A stretch of 64,000 nt of DNA from an uncultured Clostridia bacterium (GTDB lineage: Bacteria > Bacillota > Clostridia > TANB77 > CAG-465), in the NCBI GenBank assembly GCA_944387385.1, contig CALXES010000002.1:42136-106135 (forward strand), written 5' to 3'. The notes below the pieces were generated by a model that saw nothing but the letters and a program-made list of their open reading frames with translations, ran no database searches and was not told where the DNA came from. Numbering within the stretch: position 1 is the first letter of the stretch; each line of letters opens with the position of its first letter. The translations under genes and the position numbers were made by a program. Of the stretch, positions 1-9,939 are shown in pieces.

Positions 1-60
1 TTTTTCATTCCTAAGACTAAACTCTTTAAGCCCATTTTTTAAAATAATACTTTTTTCCAT
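1..60 (-). CDS. 5' end (about 20 codons, MEKSIILKNGLKEFSLRNEK...) of an unidentified gene running off the window start
   Basis: ATG at 58-60 (minus) preceded by AAAGGAG 7 nt upstream; frame stays open to the window edge. Confidence 0.3.
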   Translation of the reverse strand, partial: MEKSIILKNGLKEFSLRNEK

Positions 61-77
61 ACATAAACTCCTTTTTA

Positions 78-839
78 TTATAATTCAATTTGTTCCCATT
101 TATCATTTAAATAAACTAAATTTTTATCAAGATTAACTTCACAAAAACTATATTTTGCTGAATTATCTACTATTAAATTTCCATTACTATCTTTATATAG
201 ACTAACTATATATGTCTTATTAATCTCTGGATATGATTTATTATTTAGATTATAATCATTTGTAACTATAATATAAGTATTTTCTTTTTTGCTATCGCTA
301 TAACTACTATATGTATCATAGTCTTCAGTTTCTTCTTCATATTTTAATATATTCACTTTAGCTTCATCTATAATAAAATTAATAGTATCTGTATATTCAC
401 CTTCAATCACATCAATAACAGATGCTTTTACATATACTTTAGCATGCAAACCATTTAATTCTTCTTTTTCTATTTCTTCTATTCTAACTACATATCTCCT
501 ATCATATTCTGGTCTATATGTTAAAGCAGTTCCAAAGCTATCAATATATTTTTTATCTACTATTTTAGAATTATTATTTATTTTATTAGAAACTATATTT
601 TTTACTACATTTCCATCTAGATTATAATTATTGATAAATGCAAAAAATATAGTTGTACAAGAAAGAGCAATAATAACAAACACACTAGCAAACTTAACAC
701 AATTTTTTATATAACGTCTCCTTTTACCTTTTCTCATAAGCATTCTAATATCATCTATTGTGTAATTTGTAGTTTTTATTTCTCTAACTTTATTTTTTAT
801 GATTTTATCTAACTCTTCATCTCTCATTATTTTCATCAC
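78..839 (-). CDS. membrane-anchored anti-sigma-factor-like protein (one TM helix, extracytoplasmic domain)
   Basis: Overlaps the 3' end of the upstream ECF sigma gene by 23 nt; N-terminal cytoplasmic segment, single hydrophobic helix, then a Y/N/K-rich ectodomain. Confidence 0.5.
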   Translation of the reverse strand: MMKIMRDEELDKIIKNKVREIKTTNYTIDDIRMLMRKGKRRRYIKNCVKFASVFVIIALSCTTIFFAFINNYNLDGNVVKNIVSNKINNNSKIVDKKYIDSFGTALTYRPEYDRRYVVRIEEIEKEELNGLHAKVYVKASVIDVIEGEYTDTINFIIDEAKVNILKYEEETEDYDTYSSYSDSKKENTYIIVTNDYNLNNKSYPEINKTYIVSLYKDSNGNLIVDNSAKYSFCEVNLDKNLVYLNDKWEQIEL

Positions 840-1371
840 CTATTTTTCTTTTTATTTCTTTTCTAATTCTACTAATCTTACTTCTAACCGTACCTTCATT
901 AATATTTAATATTCTAGATATTTCTTTTGTAGTCTGTTCACTACTATAATATAGAGTAATAATTAACTTGTCTTGTTCAGATAATCCATCAATAATTTGA
1001 AAAAAATTTACTTTATCTATTAACTGCTTGTATTCATCTTTTGAATATAAAAACTTGTCACACTCAATTTCATCATAAGAAATTTCTCTTATTTTATTTT
1101 GTCTTTTCATTCTTTTACATCTATTAATTAAGACAACAATACACCACTCCTTTATCTTATTTGAATTTCTAATTTTGTATATATTTTCATAAAGAGATAT
1201 TATTGTATCTTGAACAGCGTCTTCTGCTAAACTATCATCTAAAAGTCTTGATTTTGCAATAATATAAAGTTCTCGCTTAATACTATTAACCAGTTTTTCA
1301 AAGGCTTTTTCATCTCCTTCTCTTGCTTTTTCTAATAACTCTTCCATATTAAACCACCTTTTGCTATACAT
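817..1371 (-). CDS. RNA polymerase ECF-type sigma-70 factor
   Basis: 184 aa; region 2 (DAVQDTIISLYENIYK) and region 4 HTH (TTKEISRILNINEGTVRSKISR) signatures. Confidence 0.85.
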   Translation of the reverse strand: MYSKRWFNMEELLEKAREGDEKAFEKLVNSIKRELYIIAKSRLLDDSLAEDAVQDTIISLYENIYKIRNSNKIKEWCIVVLINRCKRMKRQNKIREISYDEIECDKFLYSKDEYKQLIDKVNFFQIIDGLSEQDKLIITLYYSSEQTTKEISRILNINEGTVRSKISRIRKEIKRKIGDENNER

Positions 1372-1468
1372 AAATTATACTTTATTAGTTAATAAATTAC
1401 AATCTAAATAAAAGGCTCTATATATATGAGTCATAATCTTAACCATTTTGTTGCAAAAAAAATTTCTC

Positions 1469-2695
1469 TTAAACTTTTAAGAGAAATTTTCCAAAAATAA
1501 ATTTTAAATAATCAAAGAGGTTTGATTTTTCAACTAAATTATTAGCAAGAATATTTGTCTGTCCAATTACCTCCTGATTATCTTTATTTATTATTTCTAT
1601 TTTTCCAACAACTTGATTTTGCTCAATTGGAGCAATCAAATCTTCATTATATGTTATTATTTGTTCTGTTTCAACTTTCTTTCCTTTTTCCATTAAACTA
1701 TAAATATCATCTTCAAGTCGCGTCTCAAGCTTTTGATTTATGTTTTTATTTACATTTAACTCCTCAAGTATTGTATTAGATGAACATATCTTTTTTGTTT
1801 CATATGTTGCAAATCCATAATCAAGTAATGTTTTAGTTTCAGCAAGTCTTATATCTGAACTTGGAGCTCTCATTATAACAGATATAAAAGTTGTATCACC
1901 TCTTGTTGCAGTTCCAACCAAATTATATAAAGCATTTGATGTATATCCTGTCTTAAGTCCAGTCGCTCCATCATAAAACCTTATTAATTTATTTGTACTT
2001 GTAAGCTCAGTTGTTCCGTCTCTTAAACTATCCATCCAAATAGATGTATAATTTAAAATATTAGGATGTTTTGTTATAAGCTCTCTTGCCATTATAGCAA
2101 TATCTTTAGCACAAGTATAATGCCCTTCCTCATCTATTCCATGTGAATTTACAAAATGTGTATTTTCCATTCCAAGCTCTTTTGCTTTAGCATTCATTGC
2201 CATAACAAAATTTTCTTCACTTCCACCAATAAGTTCTGCCATTGCAACAGTTACATCGTTTGCAGAAACAATACAAATGGCTTTTAAAGCCTCATCAATT
2301 GTTATTTGTTCTCCCTCTTCAAACCAAATTTGTGAACCACCCATCTCTGATGCATTCTTACTACAAGTTACAGTATCTGTATAGTCTAAAACTCCACCAT
2401 CAATTTGTTCCATAATCAAAAGCAAAGTCATAACTTTTGTAACAGAAGCTGGTAACATATGTTCTGTTTCATTATTTGCATATAATATTTCTCCTGTACT
2501 AGGTTCCATTAAAACTTGAGCCTCAGACTCAAATGTAAATGAAGGACTAGCTACTGTAGATATACTACTCTCTACACCACTTTCTTGATTTTTAACTTGA
2601 TATAAATACTGTGCACCAATAATATAATTTACATTTAATATATTTATTATAATCATAAACACGATTATTTTTGACAATTTATTCACATGTTCCAC
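1469..2695 (-). CDS. D-alanyl-D-alanine carboxypeptidase (PBP5/DacF-like serine peptidase)
   Basis: SVTKVMT (SxxK), SHG and KTG motifs in order; signal peptide; C-terminal PBP5 domain. Confidence 0.85.
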   Translation of the reverse strand: MEHVNKLSKIIVFMIIINILNVNYIIGAQYLYQVKNQESGVESSISTVASPSFTFESEAQVLMEPSTGEILYANNETEHMLPASVTKVMTLLLIMEQIDGGVLDYTDTVTCSKNASEMGGSQIWFEEGEQITIDEALKAICIVSANDVTVAMAELIGGSEENFVMAMNAKAKELGMENTHFVNSHGIDEEGHYTCAKDIAIMARELITKHPNILNYTSIWMDSLRDGTTELTSTNKLIRFYDGATGLKTGYTSNALYNLVGTATRGDTTFISVIMRAPSSDIRLAETKTLLDYGFATYETKKICSSNTILEELNVNKNINQKLETRLEDDIYSLMEKGKKVETEQIITYNEDLIAPIEQNQVVGKIEIINKDNQEVIGQTNILANNLVEKSNLFDYLKFIFGKFLLKV

Positions 2696-2806
2696 CTCAA
2701 TACATCTTATTATATTAAGGTGAAAAATATTATTAATTTTATATAATATGATTTAAAACTAACAATATTACACAAATATACTTTAACTATATTAATCCAC
2801 TATTTT

Positions 2807-3589
2807 TTATTTATATATTTCTATATTTTCTTGAATATATGTATCTAAGTCTTCCCACTCTTTTGTATCATTATTTTTAATTTTTAAGCTATTAATATCA
2901 TAATTCTGATATGTCACACTTGTTTTTTTCTCAATATTAATTTCTCTTAGACCATTTCCCAGTCCTATTATTTCGTATTTTTGAAACGTATCACTATAAT
3001 TTAAATATGCTAGATATGTCTTTCCTGCTTCAAGCTCAATATCATTACCTAAAACAATATTTAAATAAGTATTTTGTTTATCAATTTCAGATCCACTTTG
3101 TTGTCTTAAATATTCTCTTTTTTCATTAGCAGCTTGTGGTTGCGCTTTTTCCCAGTCTTCTAAAGATATTCTTCCTCCTGGTTTTATATATTCTACCACC
3201 TGCTCTTTTATATCGTTTCCAAATATAGTATTATTTATCATCATACTTCCATACGTCATGCCAAACATACTACTATATTCAGTACTTGCTCCATCTATTG
3301 TAATTATTGTAACTAATGCTATAACATCTGAATTTTCTATCATATATTCTGGTGTATATGAAGTCCTAAAAAGAGCTGTAGTTTCCGATTCTGATGAATT
3401 TTTTAAAACATCATCTGTTATATAGCTATAAACTTCATAAGAATCTACTTGATTGCTTGTTTTTTCTTCTTCTAATTTATCATTTAAATTATATTCTTCT
3501 CCTTTATTTATATATACTTTTGTTACAACAAATCCTATAACTAATAATATAATTATAGGGACAATAAATATTAACTTTTTCATAAGCAC
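2807..3589 (-). CDS. hypothetical membrane-anchored/secreted protein
   Basis: N-terminal TM/signal sequence; no recognizable motif. Confidence 0.45.
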   Translation of the reverse strand: MLMKKLIFIVPIIILLVIGFVVTKVYINKGEEYNLNDKLEEEKTSNQVDSYEVYSYITDDVLKNSSESETTALFRTSYTPEYMIENSDVIALVTIITIDGASTEYSSMFGMTYGSMMINNTIFGNDIKEQVVEYIKPGGRISLEDWEKAQPQAANEKREYLRQQSGSEIDKQNTYLNIVLGNDIELEAGKTYLAYLNYSDTFQKYEIIGLGNGLREINIEKKTSVTYQNYDINSLKIKNNDTKEWEDLDTYIQENIEIYK

Positions 3590-3671
3590 TCTCCTTTTTT
3601 CAGGTAAATTTATACCTTACACTTATTAAGAGTACTTTTTTTATAATAATGTTGCAAAAATTACAACAGTT

Positions 3672-4448
3672 CTATTGATTTTCTAAAATATAATTTGTTG
3701 CAATATCTATTACCTGCTTTAATTCTCCTTTATTTTTAAATCTGTGGTCTGCTCCTTTAATTTTATATAATACTACTCTATCATTAAATTTTTTTTGAAA
3801 TTTAATTGAATCTTTAATTGGAGCAATATCATCTTCTGTTCCATGAATAATACAGATTTTATTTTCTGTATCATATATTTTAAAAATATTATTTTTAATC
3901 AGTTCATTATAATATTCTTTTGTTATAACTATTTTTCTTTCAAATCCTAATTTACATTCTCCATTTTTCAAAAATTCCTTTAAACTAACTTTTAATAAAC
4001 TATTTTCAAACACACTCTTCATATCTAAAGCAGGACATCTTAATACTATAGAATTATATATTTTTTCACTGCTATTTAATTTTAATAATAAAGTATAAGC
4101 CCCAAAACTTGTAGCAAAGAAACCTATTTCTATATTATTAAATTCTTTTTCAATATAATATTCAATATCATTTATATCATTAACACAATTTTTAATAGTA
4201 AAATTATGTCCATCTGTATTACTAATTCCATGTGCAGGAAAATCAAAAGCAAGAACTGCTATTTTAAAATTAGTTAATGATTTAGCTAGTGAGAATATAG
4301 CAGAACTATTTTTATCTCCACCAAATCCATGACAAGCAATGATTATTTTTTCTACATTATCTTTTTCTGGCAAGTACAGATCACAAAAAATATTATAATT
4401 TTGATTTGAAGATTTAATTTCAAATTGTTTTTTTAGCATAATTAACAC
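3672..4448 (-). CDS. alpha/beta-fold hydrolase (esterase/lipase-like)
   Basis: HGFGGD oxyanion region, nucleophile elbow ATSFGAY (G-x-S-x-G), C-terminal GADH. Confidence 0.7.
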   Translation of the reverse strand: MLIMLKKQFEIKSSNQNYNIFCDLYLPEKDNVEKIIIACHGFGGDKNSSAIFSLAKSLTNFKIAVLAFDFPAHGISNTDGHNFTIKNCVNDINDIEYYIEKEFNNIEIGFFATSFGAYTLLLKLNSSEKIYNSIVLRCPALDMKSVFENSLLKVSLKEFLKNGECKLGFERKIVITKEYYNELIKNNIFKIYDTENKICIIHGTEDDIAPIKDSIKFQKKFNDRVVLYKIKGADHRFKNKGELKQVIDIATNYILENQ

Positions 4449-4672
4449 CTCTAAAAAAATTTTTTACTATGATTATATTATCATAAAAAATACTATTAGA
4501 AAATCACTACTAATTAAATATACTAACTTTTATAATAAAAAAATCCCTCATTTGAGAGATTTAAATAACATTATTCAATAATGCTTAACTTCAAACATTT
4601 TAATTAAATTTTTTAATGCTATATTTTTTACTTGATATATTCCGTTTAAATTCAGGAAAAATCAAATTAAGA

Positions 4673-5071
4673 CTAATGGCATATTTTGTTTATTTTATCA
4701 TTTAATTCTTTATAATTAATCAAGTTTAAAATATCATATTTGAACATGCTAATATTATTTAAAAATAGTTCGTCTATTTTATTTGAAACTATAAATAATG
4801 TATAATTAATACTATATTGTACCTTTTTATCAAACACTGATTTTATAATTTCTTCTTTTGCAAAGTCAAAAAATAAACATTGAATTAAACTTATATTATA
4901 TACATTCACAACTATATTATTTTTTATCAAAATCTCTTTACTTTTTTTTACAGAACATATTTTTATACTTTTTTTATATATCGAACTATAAAAATTATAA
5001 TTGTTTAATAATTTCTTAATTCTATAAAAATAAATATATCTTTTTAATCTTCTAATAAATTTTTCAACCAT
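4673..5071 (-). CDS. hypothetical protein (low-complexity N/K/I/Y-rich)
   Basis: Open frame only; weakly supported by an imperfect hairpin plus T-run about 100 nt downstream at 4545-4575. Confidence 0.3.
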   Translation of the reverse strand: MVEKFIRRLKRYIYFYRIKKLLNNYNFYSSIYKKSIKICSVKKSKEILIKNNIVVNVYNISLIQCLFFDFAKEEIIKSVFDKKVQYSINYTLFIVSNKIDELFLNNISMFKYDILNLINYKELNDKINKICH

Positions 5072-5424
5072 GTTTATTCATCCTTTCCATATTTATTTAA
5101 TTTTTATTTTTTAACTTTATTTTTAATATAACAATGACAAATAAATATTTTTTATAAGAAACAATACTAACTTATTAAAGCCTTTTATCTACTTTTTTGA
5201 AGTCAAAATTTTGAGATTTCAATAAAATCAAGTAAACTTTTGTTATATAAAGCTAATTGATTATACAATATGTCTAATTACAGTTAAAGTCTTTCTATAA
5301 AATAATATATAATTTGATTTTATTTTACCTTTTTCTACAATATGTTAATATAAATTTCTATACTTTTTATTTAAAACATATTAGCTATTGTATTATAAAC
5401 AATTTTGAAGTATTATATATTTAG

Positions 5425-5889
5425 GTGATAGATATGAAAAAACTTAAAATTTTAATACCAATTATTTTAGTTATATTTATTTTAATTATTGTACTTACAT
5501 ATATAGGACTAGATATAAACAAAAATAGAATAAACAACATAATTGCAAATGAAACAAATCAAGTACAAGCATTAAAAGTAATATATAAAGATTTCTTAAA
5601 AAATTGTGATGGTAACATCATACTAGATGATAGTACATTAAAAAATATTATTACAAATGAGAAATTTTCAGAAGAAAATCAAAACACGTTAAAACTATTA
5701 GAGATTAACTCTGGTAACACATTATTTACTTACACACTATATGCAGAATATAATCCTACAACAAGAGTACTAAAACTAACTCTTGAAGGAACTGACACAA
5801 GTCTTTACTCAAAATCATATAAATTAAATGTAAAGAACTCACATATTACTTATACTCCTTCTAAATTAAGTAATTACTCGATTACATAA
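5425..5889 (+). CDS. hypothetical membrane-anchored protein
   Basis: N-terminal TM helix; RBS-like GGTGATAGAT before ATG; followed by terminator. Confidence 0.45.
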   Translation: MIDMKKLKILIPIILVIFILIIVLTYIGLDINKNRINNIIANETNQVQALKVIYKDFLKNCDGNIILDDSTLKNIITNEKFSEENQNTLKLLEINSGNTLFTYTLYAEYNPTTRVLKLTLEGTDTSLYSKSYKLNVKNSHITYTPSKLSNYSIT

Positions 5890-5918
5890 AAAAAGATACT
5901 TATAAAAGTATCTTTTTT
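5888..5918. terminator. bidirectional rho-independent terminator between convergent genes
   Basis: AAAGATACT/AGTATCTTT 9-bp stem, 6-nt loop, A-run before and T-run after. Confidence 0.6.
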
Positions 5919-6288
5919 AGTCTAATTTATTAATATCTCCTTTTAAAGGAATAGCATTCCAGCCAATAAGCTCATCTTCATATGGCTTATATATATCATT
6001 CAATAAGTAAATTTTTTTTGAATAAAAAAAAGCAAAAGCAATCTCTGCAAATGAATTTGGTCCTATATAATTTTCAATACCATTTTTAGTTGAATTAACA
6101 ATTAAGATTATCTCATTTTTAGGATCTATTATTCTATTAAAATGAGCTTTTGAAGCAATAGCTTTAGGTTTTCCTTCTATACACTCTCTAGGTAAAAGTA
6201 CATTATATCCTTTATTTTCTAGTATTTTCCTAACTTCATAAATTTTATCTACTACTTTCATACTTCCACACAAAACAATATTTTTCAT
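5917..6288 (-). CDS. nucleoside 2-deoxyribosyltransferase-like protein (YtoQ/Rcl-type Rossmann-like fold)
   Basis: 123 aa; N-terminal ivLCGSmk and NSFAEIAFA segment resembling the [DN][ST]xxE[IL][GA] NDT nucleophile region; 14 nt downstream of xpt. Confidence 0.4.
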   Translation of the reverse strand: MKNIVLCGSMKVVDKIYEVRKILENKGYNVLLPRECIEGKPKAIASKAHFNRIIDPKNEIILIVNSTKNGIENYIGPNSFAEIAFAFFYSKKIYLLNDIYKPYEDELIGWNAIPLKGDINKLD

Positions 6289-6302
6289 AAGAACAGCCCT
6301 CT

Positions 6303-6872
6303 TTACTTAAACTCTATAACATTCTTATCTAATTTTGAAATTCTTGCAAGAGAATATATATCTATCCCCATTTTTTCTATTTTATCCCTTCCAGGTTGAA
6401 AAGATTTCTCTATTACTATCCCAACACCTGCTAAATTACAGTTAGCCTCTTTAAATATTCTACTTGCTCCTAAGACAGCCTCACCATTTGCTAAAAAATC
6501 ATCTATAAGTAAAATATTGTCTCCCTGATTTAAAAATTTTTTTGAAGCAGTTAACATATAATCTGAATTTTTAGTAAAAGAATGTACTTTTGTTTCATAC
6601 AACTCATCACTTAATATACTTGATTGTTGCTTTTTTAGTATTACTAGTGGTACATTAAATCTATAGGCTGTTGCAAAAGCTGGAGCAATACCAGATGACT
6701 CGATAGTAACTATTTTATTAATTTTTTTTAATTTAAAATAATTATAAAACTCAGTTGAAATATCCATCATTAAATTAACATCCACTTGATGATTTAAAAA
6801 ACTATCTACTTTTAAAATATTTTTATCTAGTGCTATTCCTTCATCTAAAATCTTTTTCTTTAATAATTCCAT
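6303..6872 (-). CDS. xpt: xanthine phosphoribosyltransferase
   Basis: [31 protein letters not shown], typical Gram-positive Xpt N-terminus; PRPP-binding loop [13 protein letters not shown]. Confidence 0.9.
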   Translation of the reverse strand: MELLKKKILDEGIALDKNILKVDSFLNHQVDVNLMMDISTEFYNYFKLKKINKIVTIESSGIAPAFATAYRFNVPLVILKKQQSSILSDELYETKVHSFTKNSDYMLTASKKFLNQGDNILLIDDFLANGEAVLGASRIFKEANCNLAGVGIVIEKSFQPGRDKIEKMGIDIYSLARISKLDKNVIEFK

Positions 6873-6900
6873 TTTTCCTTTCTCCTTTGTAAAATTATAT

Positions 6901-6940
6901 AATAAAAACTGCTATATTTCTATAGCAGTAATAGTTTTTT
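6901..6940. terminator. rho-independent terminator (bidirectional) downstream of the 6954-7442 gene
   Basis: ACTGCTATA-TTTC-TATAGCAGT perfect 9-bp hairpin flanked by A-run and T-run. Confidence 0.6.
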
Positions 6941-6953
6941 TATCAATTATTTT

Positions 6954-7442
6954 TTATTCTTGAGAATTTACTTGTTGTTCTTGCTCTGGTTGTTTATCTT
7001 CTTTTTTATCTGATACAATTTTACTAAGTTTGCTATTTATATCAGATGTATTTCTACATGTAATTATTGCAAGCAACATAAACTCATAGCATACTCTTAA
7101 CAATATATTTCCTACGATTAATAGTAATAAAGCTGATATAATATTTACAGCAATTAGTCCTAAAGAATATAAAGTAATAAATATAGCAATTACTAGATAT
7201 AAAATTTTTAAAATTGTTTCAACAATCATATTTTTAAATGTTAATGTATTGTATAACCATCCTAAAAATCCAGTCCATTTTCCATCGTTCTTTTTACTTA
7301 AAAATGTAAAGTATAAAGCTATTCCTCCAGCAACTGCAATTACTAAAGCAATAATTGACCAAATCCCTAAAGTCTCTAAAGAGCTTGAAGCTTTTGTAAG
7401 ACTACTTAAGCTGTTTGATGAATATAAACTTGATGTACCCAT
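6954..7442 (-). CDS. hypothetical integral membrane protein with Ser-rich N-terminus and acidic/Gln-rich C-tail
   Basis: Three or four hydrophobic helices; no family motif recognized. Confidence 0.45.
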   Translation of the reverse strand: MGTSSLYSSNSLSSLTKASSSLETLGIWSIIALVIAVAGGIALYFTFLSKKNDGKWTGFLGWLYNTLTFKNMIVETILKILYLVIAIFITLYSLGLIAVNIISALLLLIVGNILLRVCYEFMLLAIITCRNTSDINSKLSKIVSDKKEDKQPEQEQQVNSQE

Positions 7443-7482
7443 AAAATCCCCTCCTTATCTAACATTACCACATTTTTCTTAA

Positions 7483-8163
7483 TTATTCAAGACACAAGTT
7501 TAAATTGTCATATGGTATTTCAACTTGAATTATTCCTGCAGCATATGGTGCTACAGTACATGGATTAAAATATATAATCATATAATTATCAGTAATTATA
7601 TAATTAGAAAAGGTATTAATATCCTTTTTTAATCCTTCATCAATCCATTTATCATTAGAATATTCTATAATTTTTTCGTTTGATTTTAAACTTTCTTTAC
7701 ATTTTTCAAATAATATATCTACAATATTATCTTGTAAATCACTTAATAATATAATTTTATCTTCTCTATATACAATTGTAAATACCTCATCTAAATCATG
7801 AGTTATACCGACATTACTTTTAACATTAAACTTAAATGAAGTATAATTTTTATATTCAAAAGTATCAAAAGAAATTGTAAGCTCTTTTTTATCTGTTATA
7901 TAATTTGTACTTTCAAAGTTTTCTTTATATTCTTCAATTCTATTATATATTTGAGCATCAATACTTTCAAAACCTGTCACAGGATAAAATATATTAATAC
8001 TATGTTTATCATTATCTTCAACTATACTTTCAATAGTATATTTATCTACATTATTCACAACATCTTTTACTTGAATAACTTCATCTTTTTGACTTGATAC
8101 AATTTTAGAAGAAAAAATCATAACCAAACATAAAAATAGCGCTAGTAATTGTTTATGCTTCAT
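7483..8163 (-). CDS. hypothetical secreted protein (RsiV/PdaC-like DUF3298/DUF4163-type fold suspected)
   Basis: Signal peptide (LALFLCLVMIFSSKIVSS); C-terminal YFNPCTVAPYAAG segment. Confidence 0.45.
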   Translation of the reverse strand: MKHKQLLALFLCLVMIFSSKIVSSQKDEVIQVKDVVNNVDKYTIESIVEDNDKHSINIFYPVTGFESIDAQIYNRIEEYKENFESTNYITDKKELTISFDTFEYKNYTSFKFNVKSNVGITHDLDEVFTIVYREDKIILLSDLQDNIVDILFEKCKESLKSNEKIIEYSNDKWIDEGLKKDINTFSNYIITDNYMIIYFNPCTVAPYAAGIIQVEIPYDNLNLCLE

Positions 8164-8207
8164 ATAATCACCTAAGACAATTATATGCTATTTCAATTTT
8201 ATTATAT

Positions 8208-8615
8208 CTATTTTTCATCTAAATCAAAAGGAGTATTTAAAAAATATCCAACTTTTCTTGATACTTGTATACCATCTATATAACAAATTATTTCAATATC
8301 TTTACACATGTCAACAATATACTGTAAACAAATACCGCAAGGTGTTAATGTCTCATCAAAATTTTTTGATTCTTCTCTTTTTCCCACAATCGCAATAGCA
8401 AGGAATTCTCTATCTCCATGTGAAATTGCTGTTTGAATTACATTTCTTTCTGCGCATATAGACAAGTTTGGAATCTTTTTGTCTTCTACATTAGTTCCAA
8501 TATATACAGTGCCACTTTTTGCAAGTAAAGCAGCTCCAACCGTATAACCTGTTGCAGGCGCATATGCATTTTTACATGCATTTTTAGCTATATTGACTAA
8601 ATCATTTTGTGTCAT
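8208..8615 (-). CDS. cdd: cytidine deaminase
   Basis: CAERNVI (zinc-ligand H/C-A-E) and PCGICLQ motifs; 135 aa. Confidence 0.9.
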   Translation of the reverse strand: MTQNDLVNIAKNACKNAYAPATGYTVGAALLAKSGTVYIGTNVEDKKIPNLSICAERNVIQTAISHGDREFLAIAIVGKREESKNFDETLTPCGICLQYIVDMCKDIEIICYIDGIQVSRKVGYFLNTPFDLDEK

Positions 8616-8626
8616 ATTATCCTCCT

Positions 8627-9433
8627 TTAAAAATTTAATAATTTAAATATATCTGGTCCAATTAATACTAATTGATACACAAAAAGTACAATTATAATCC
8701 CTAGTAAAGCACTATAAAGCATATTTATTTTTCTTGCTTTAGTTCGAGTAACCTTCATACCAAATATCATTAAACTTAATATACCACATACAATACCAAC
8801 CAAAAAGCTTCTAGTAATTATACAAGCATAAGTTGTAAGTCCAAAAGCTAAAGCAATTCTTAAACTAGGTCCAGAATGTGCATACTCTTCTCCCTTACCA
8901 AATATCCCCTTTAAAATAATTATTAGTACAACTATCATAAAAATTATTGTAAATAGTATATTGGTATTTGAAGATATAATTGCATTTAATACACTTGTTG
9001 TTGCATTTTGTAACTTGTCCGCAAACAAAAAATAAGCAACAATTACAGAAATACTTGATGATATTAAAACACCGCCAGCCGCAATATCTTTTGCCGCCTT
9101 TGCCCTATCATCATACTTATCTGTAACTAAATCAACTATGTATTCTGCAACAGAATTCATCATCTCTGAAAATATAACAAAACCTACCGTTAAGCATAAG
9201 CAAACAAACTCAGTTTTATTTAACCCCAAAACTATACCAGCAAGTAATACACATACTGCACAAAAATAATCTATTCTTAAATTTCTTTCTGTTTTAAAAG
9301 CTCTTATTATTCCATCTATAGAATGATGTAATGCAGTAACAAAATTTTTATTTTTTACATTTTTTAGCTTTTTTAAATTTTCTTCTCTATTCTCATTTGT
9401 CTCTTGTTGTTGGTTTTCTTGATTATTATTCAT
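8627..9433 (-). CDS. dgkA: diacylglycerol/undecaprenol kinase family protein (DgkA) with extra C-terminal membrane domain
   Basis: AFKTERNLRIDYFCAVCVLLAG...SEMMNSVAEYIVDLV...AKDIAAGGVL matches the DgkA core; about 125 additional hydrophobic residues at the C-terminus; Asn/Gln/Glu-rich N-tail. Confidence 0.7.
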   Translation of the reverse strand: MNNNQENQQQETNENREENLKKLKNVKNKNFVTALHHSIDGIIRAFKTERNLRIDYFCAVCVLLAGIVLGLNKTEFVCLCLTVGFVIFSEMMNSVAEYIVDLVTDKYDDRAKAAKDIAAGGVLISSSISVIVAYFLFADKLQNATTSVLNAIISSNTNILFTIIFMIVVLIIILKGIFGKGEEYAHSGPSLRIALAFGLTTYACIITRSFLVGIVCGILSLMIFGMKVTRTKARKINMLYSALLGIIIVLFVYQLVLIGPDIFKLLNF

Positions 9434-9938
9434 TTATTTGTCCAACTCCTATTTTATCTAATATCTTTTCTTCAAGAATTCTCATTTCTTGCTTTTCTTT
9501 TTCTACTTCATGATCATATCCTAATAAATGACAAACTCCATGAGTAATCATATAAAGCATTTCTCTAAGAATTCCTGTACCATATTCTTTAGCATGTTCT
9601 TCAAGTATATCAATACAAATTATAATATCTCCAAGTTCTAGTTCTTTAACCTTCTTTTCCTCCTCAAGACTTGAAAATAGATTTATTTCTTCTCTTGAGA
9701 ATATAGGAAAAGAAAGAACATCAGTTGGTCTATCAACATTTCTATATTCTTTATTTATCTGATGTATTTTATCTTTATCTACCGCACTAATTGATATAGA
9801 CACATTTTGATTATCTATATTTTTTTCATCAAGCGCTGTTTGAAGTATTATATCTATATCTGATGTAATGTCCCTATCACATTTTTCTTTAATATATTTT
9901 ACAAGATCTTCATCTAAGTCTATATTTATTTTATTCAT
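9426..9938 (-). CDS. ybeY: rRNA maturation endoribonuclease YbeY (start placed at MNKINIDL, RBS AGAAAGGAA)
   Basis: HGVCHLLGYDH zinc-binding H-x-x-x-H...H motif; conserved position upstream of dgkA-cdd. Confidence 0.85.
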   Translation of the reverse strand: MNKINIDLDEDLVKYIKEKCDRDITSDIDIILQTALDEKNIDNQNVSISISAVDKDKIHQINKEYRNVDRPTDVLSFPIFSREEINLFSSLEEEKKVKELELGDIIICIDILEEHAKEYGTGILREMLYMITHGVCHLLGYDHEVEKEKQEMRILEEKILDKIGVGQINE

Positions 9939-9939
9939 T

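Noticed and set aside
1555-1779. 74-aa plus-strand ORF inside the dacF-like gene
   Set aside because: Antisense to a well-supported CDS; Leu/Phe-rich translation typical of reverse-frame artefacts in AT-rich DNA; no RBS
6873-6953. Possible purine riboswitch upstream of xpt
   Set aside because: The interval is only 81 nt and is mostly the upstream gene's terminator hairpin; no aptamer-like conserved core visible
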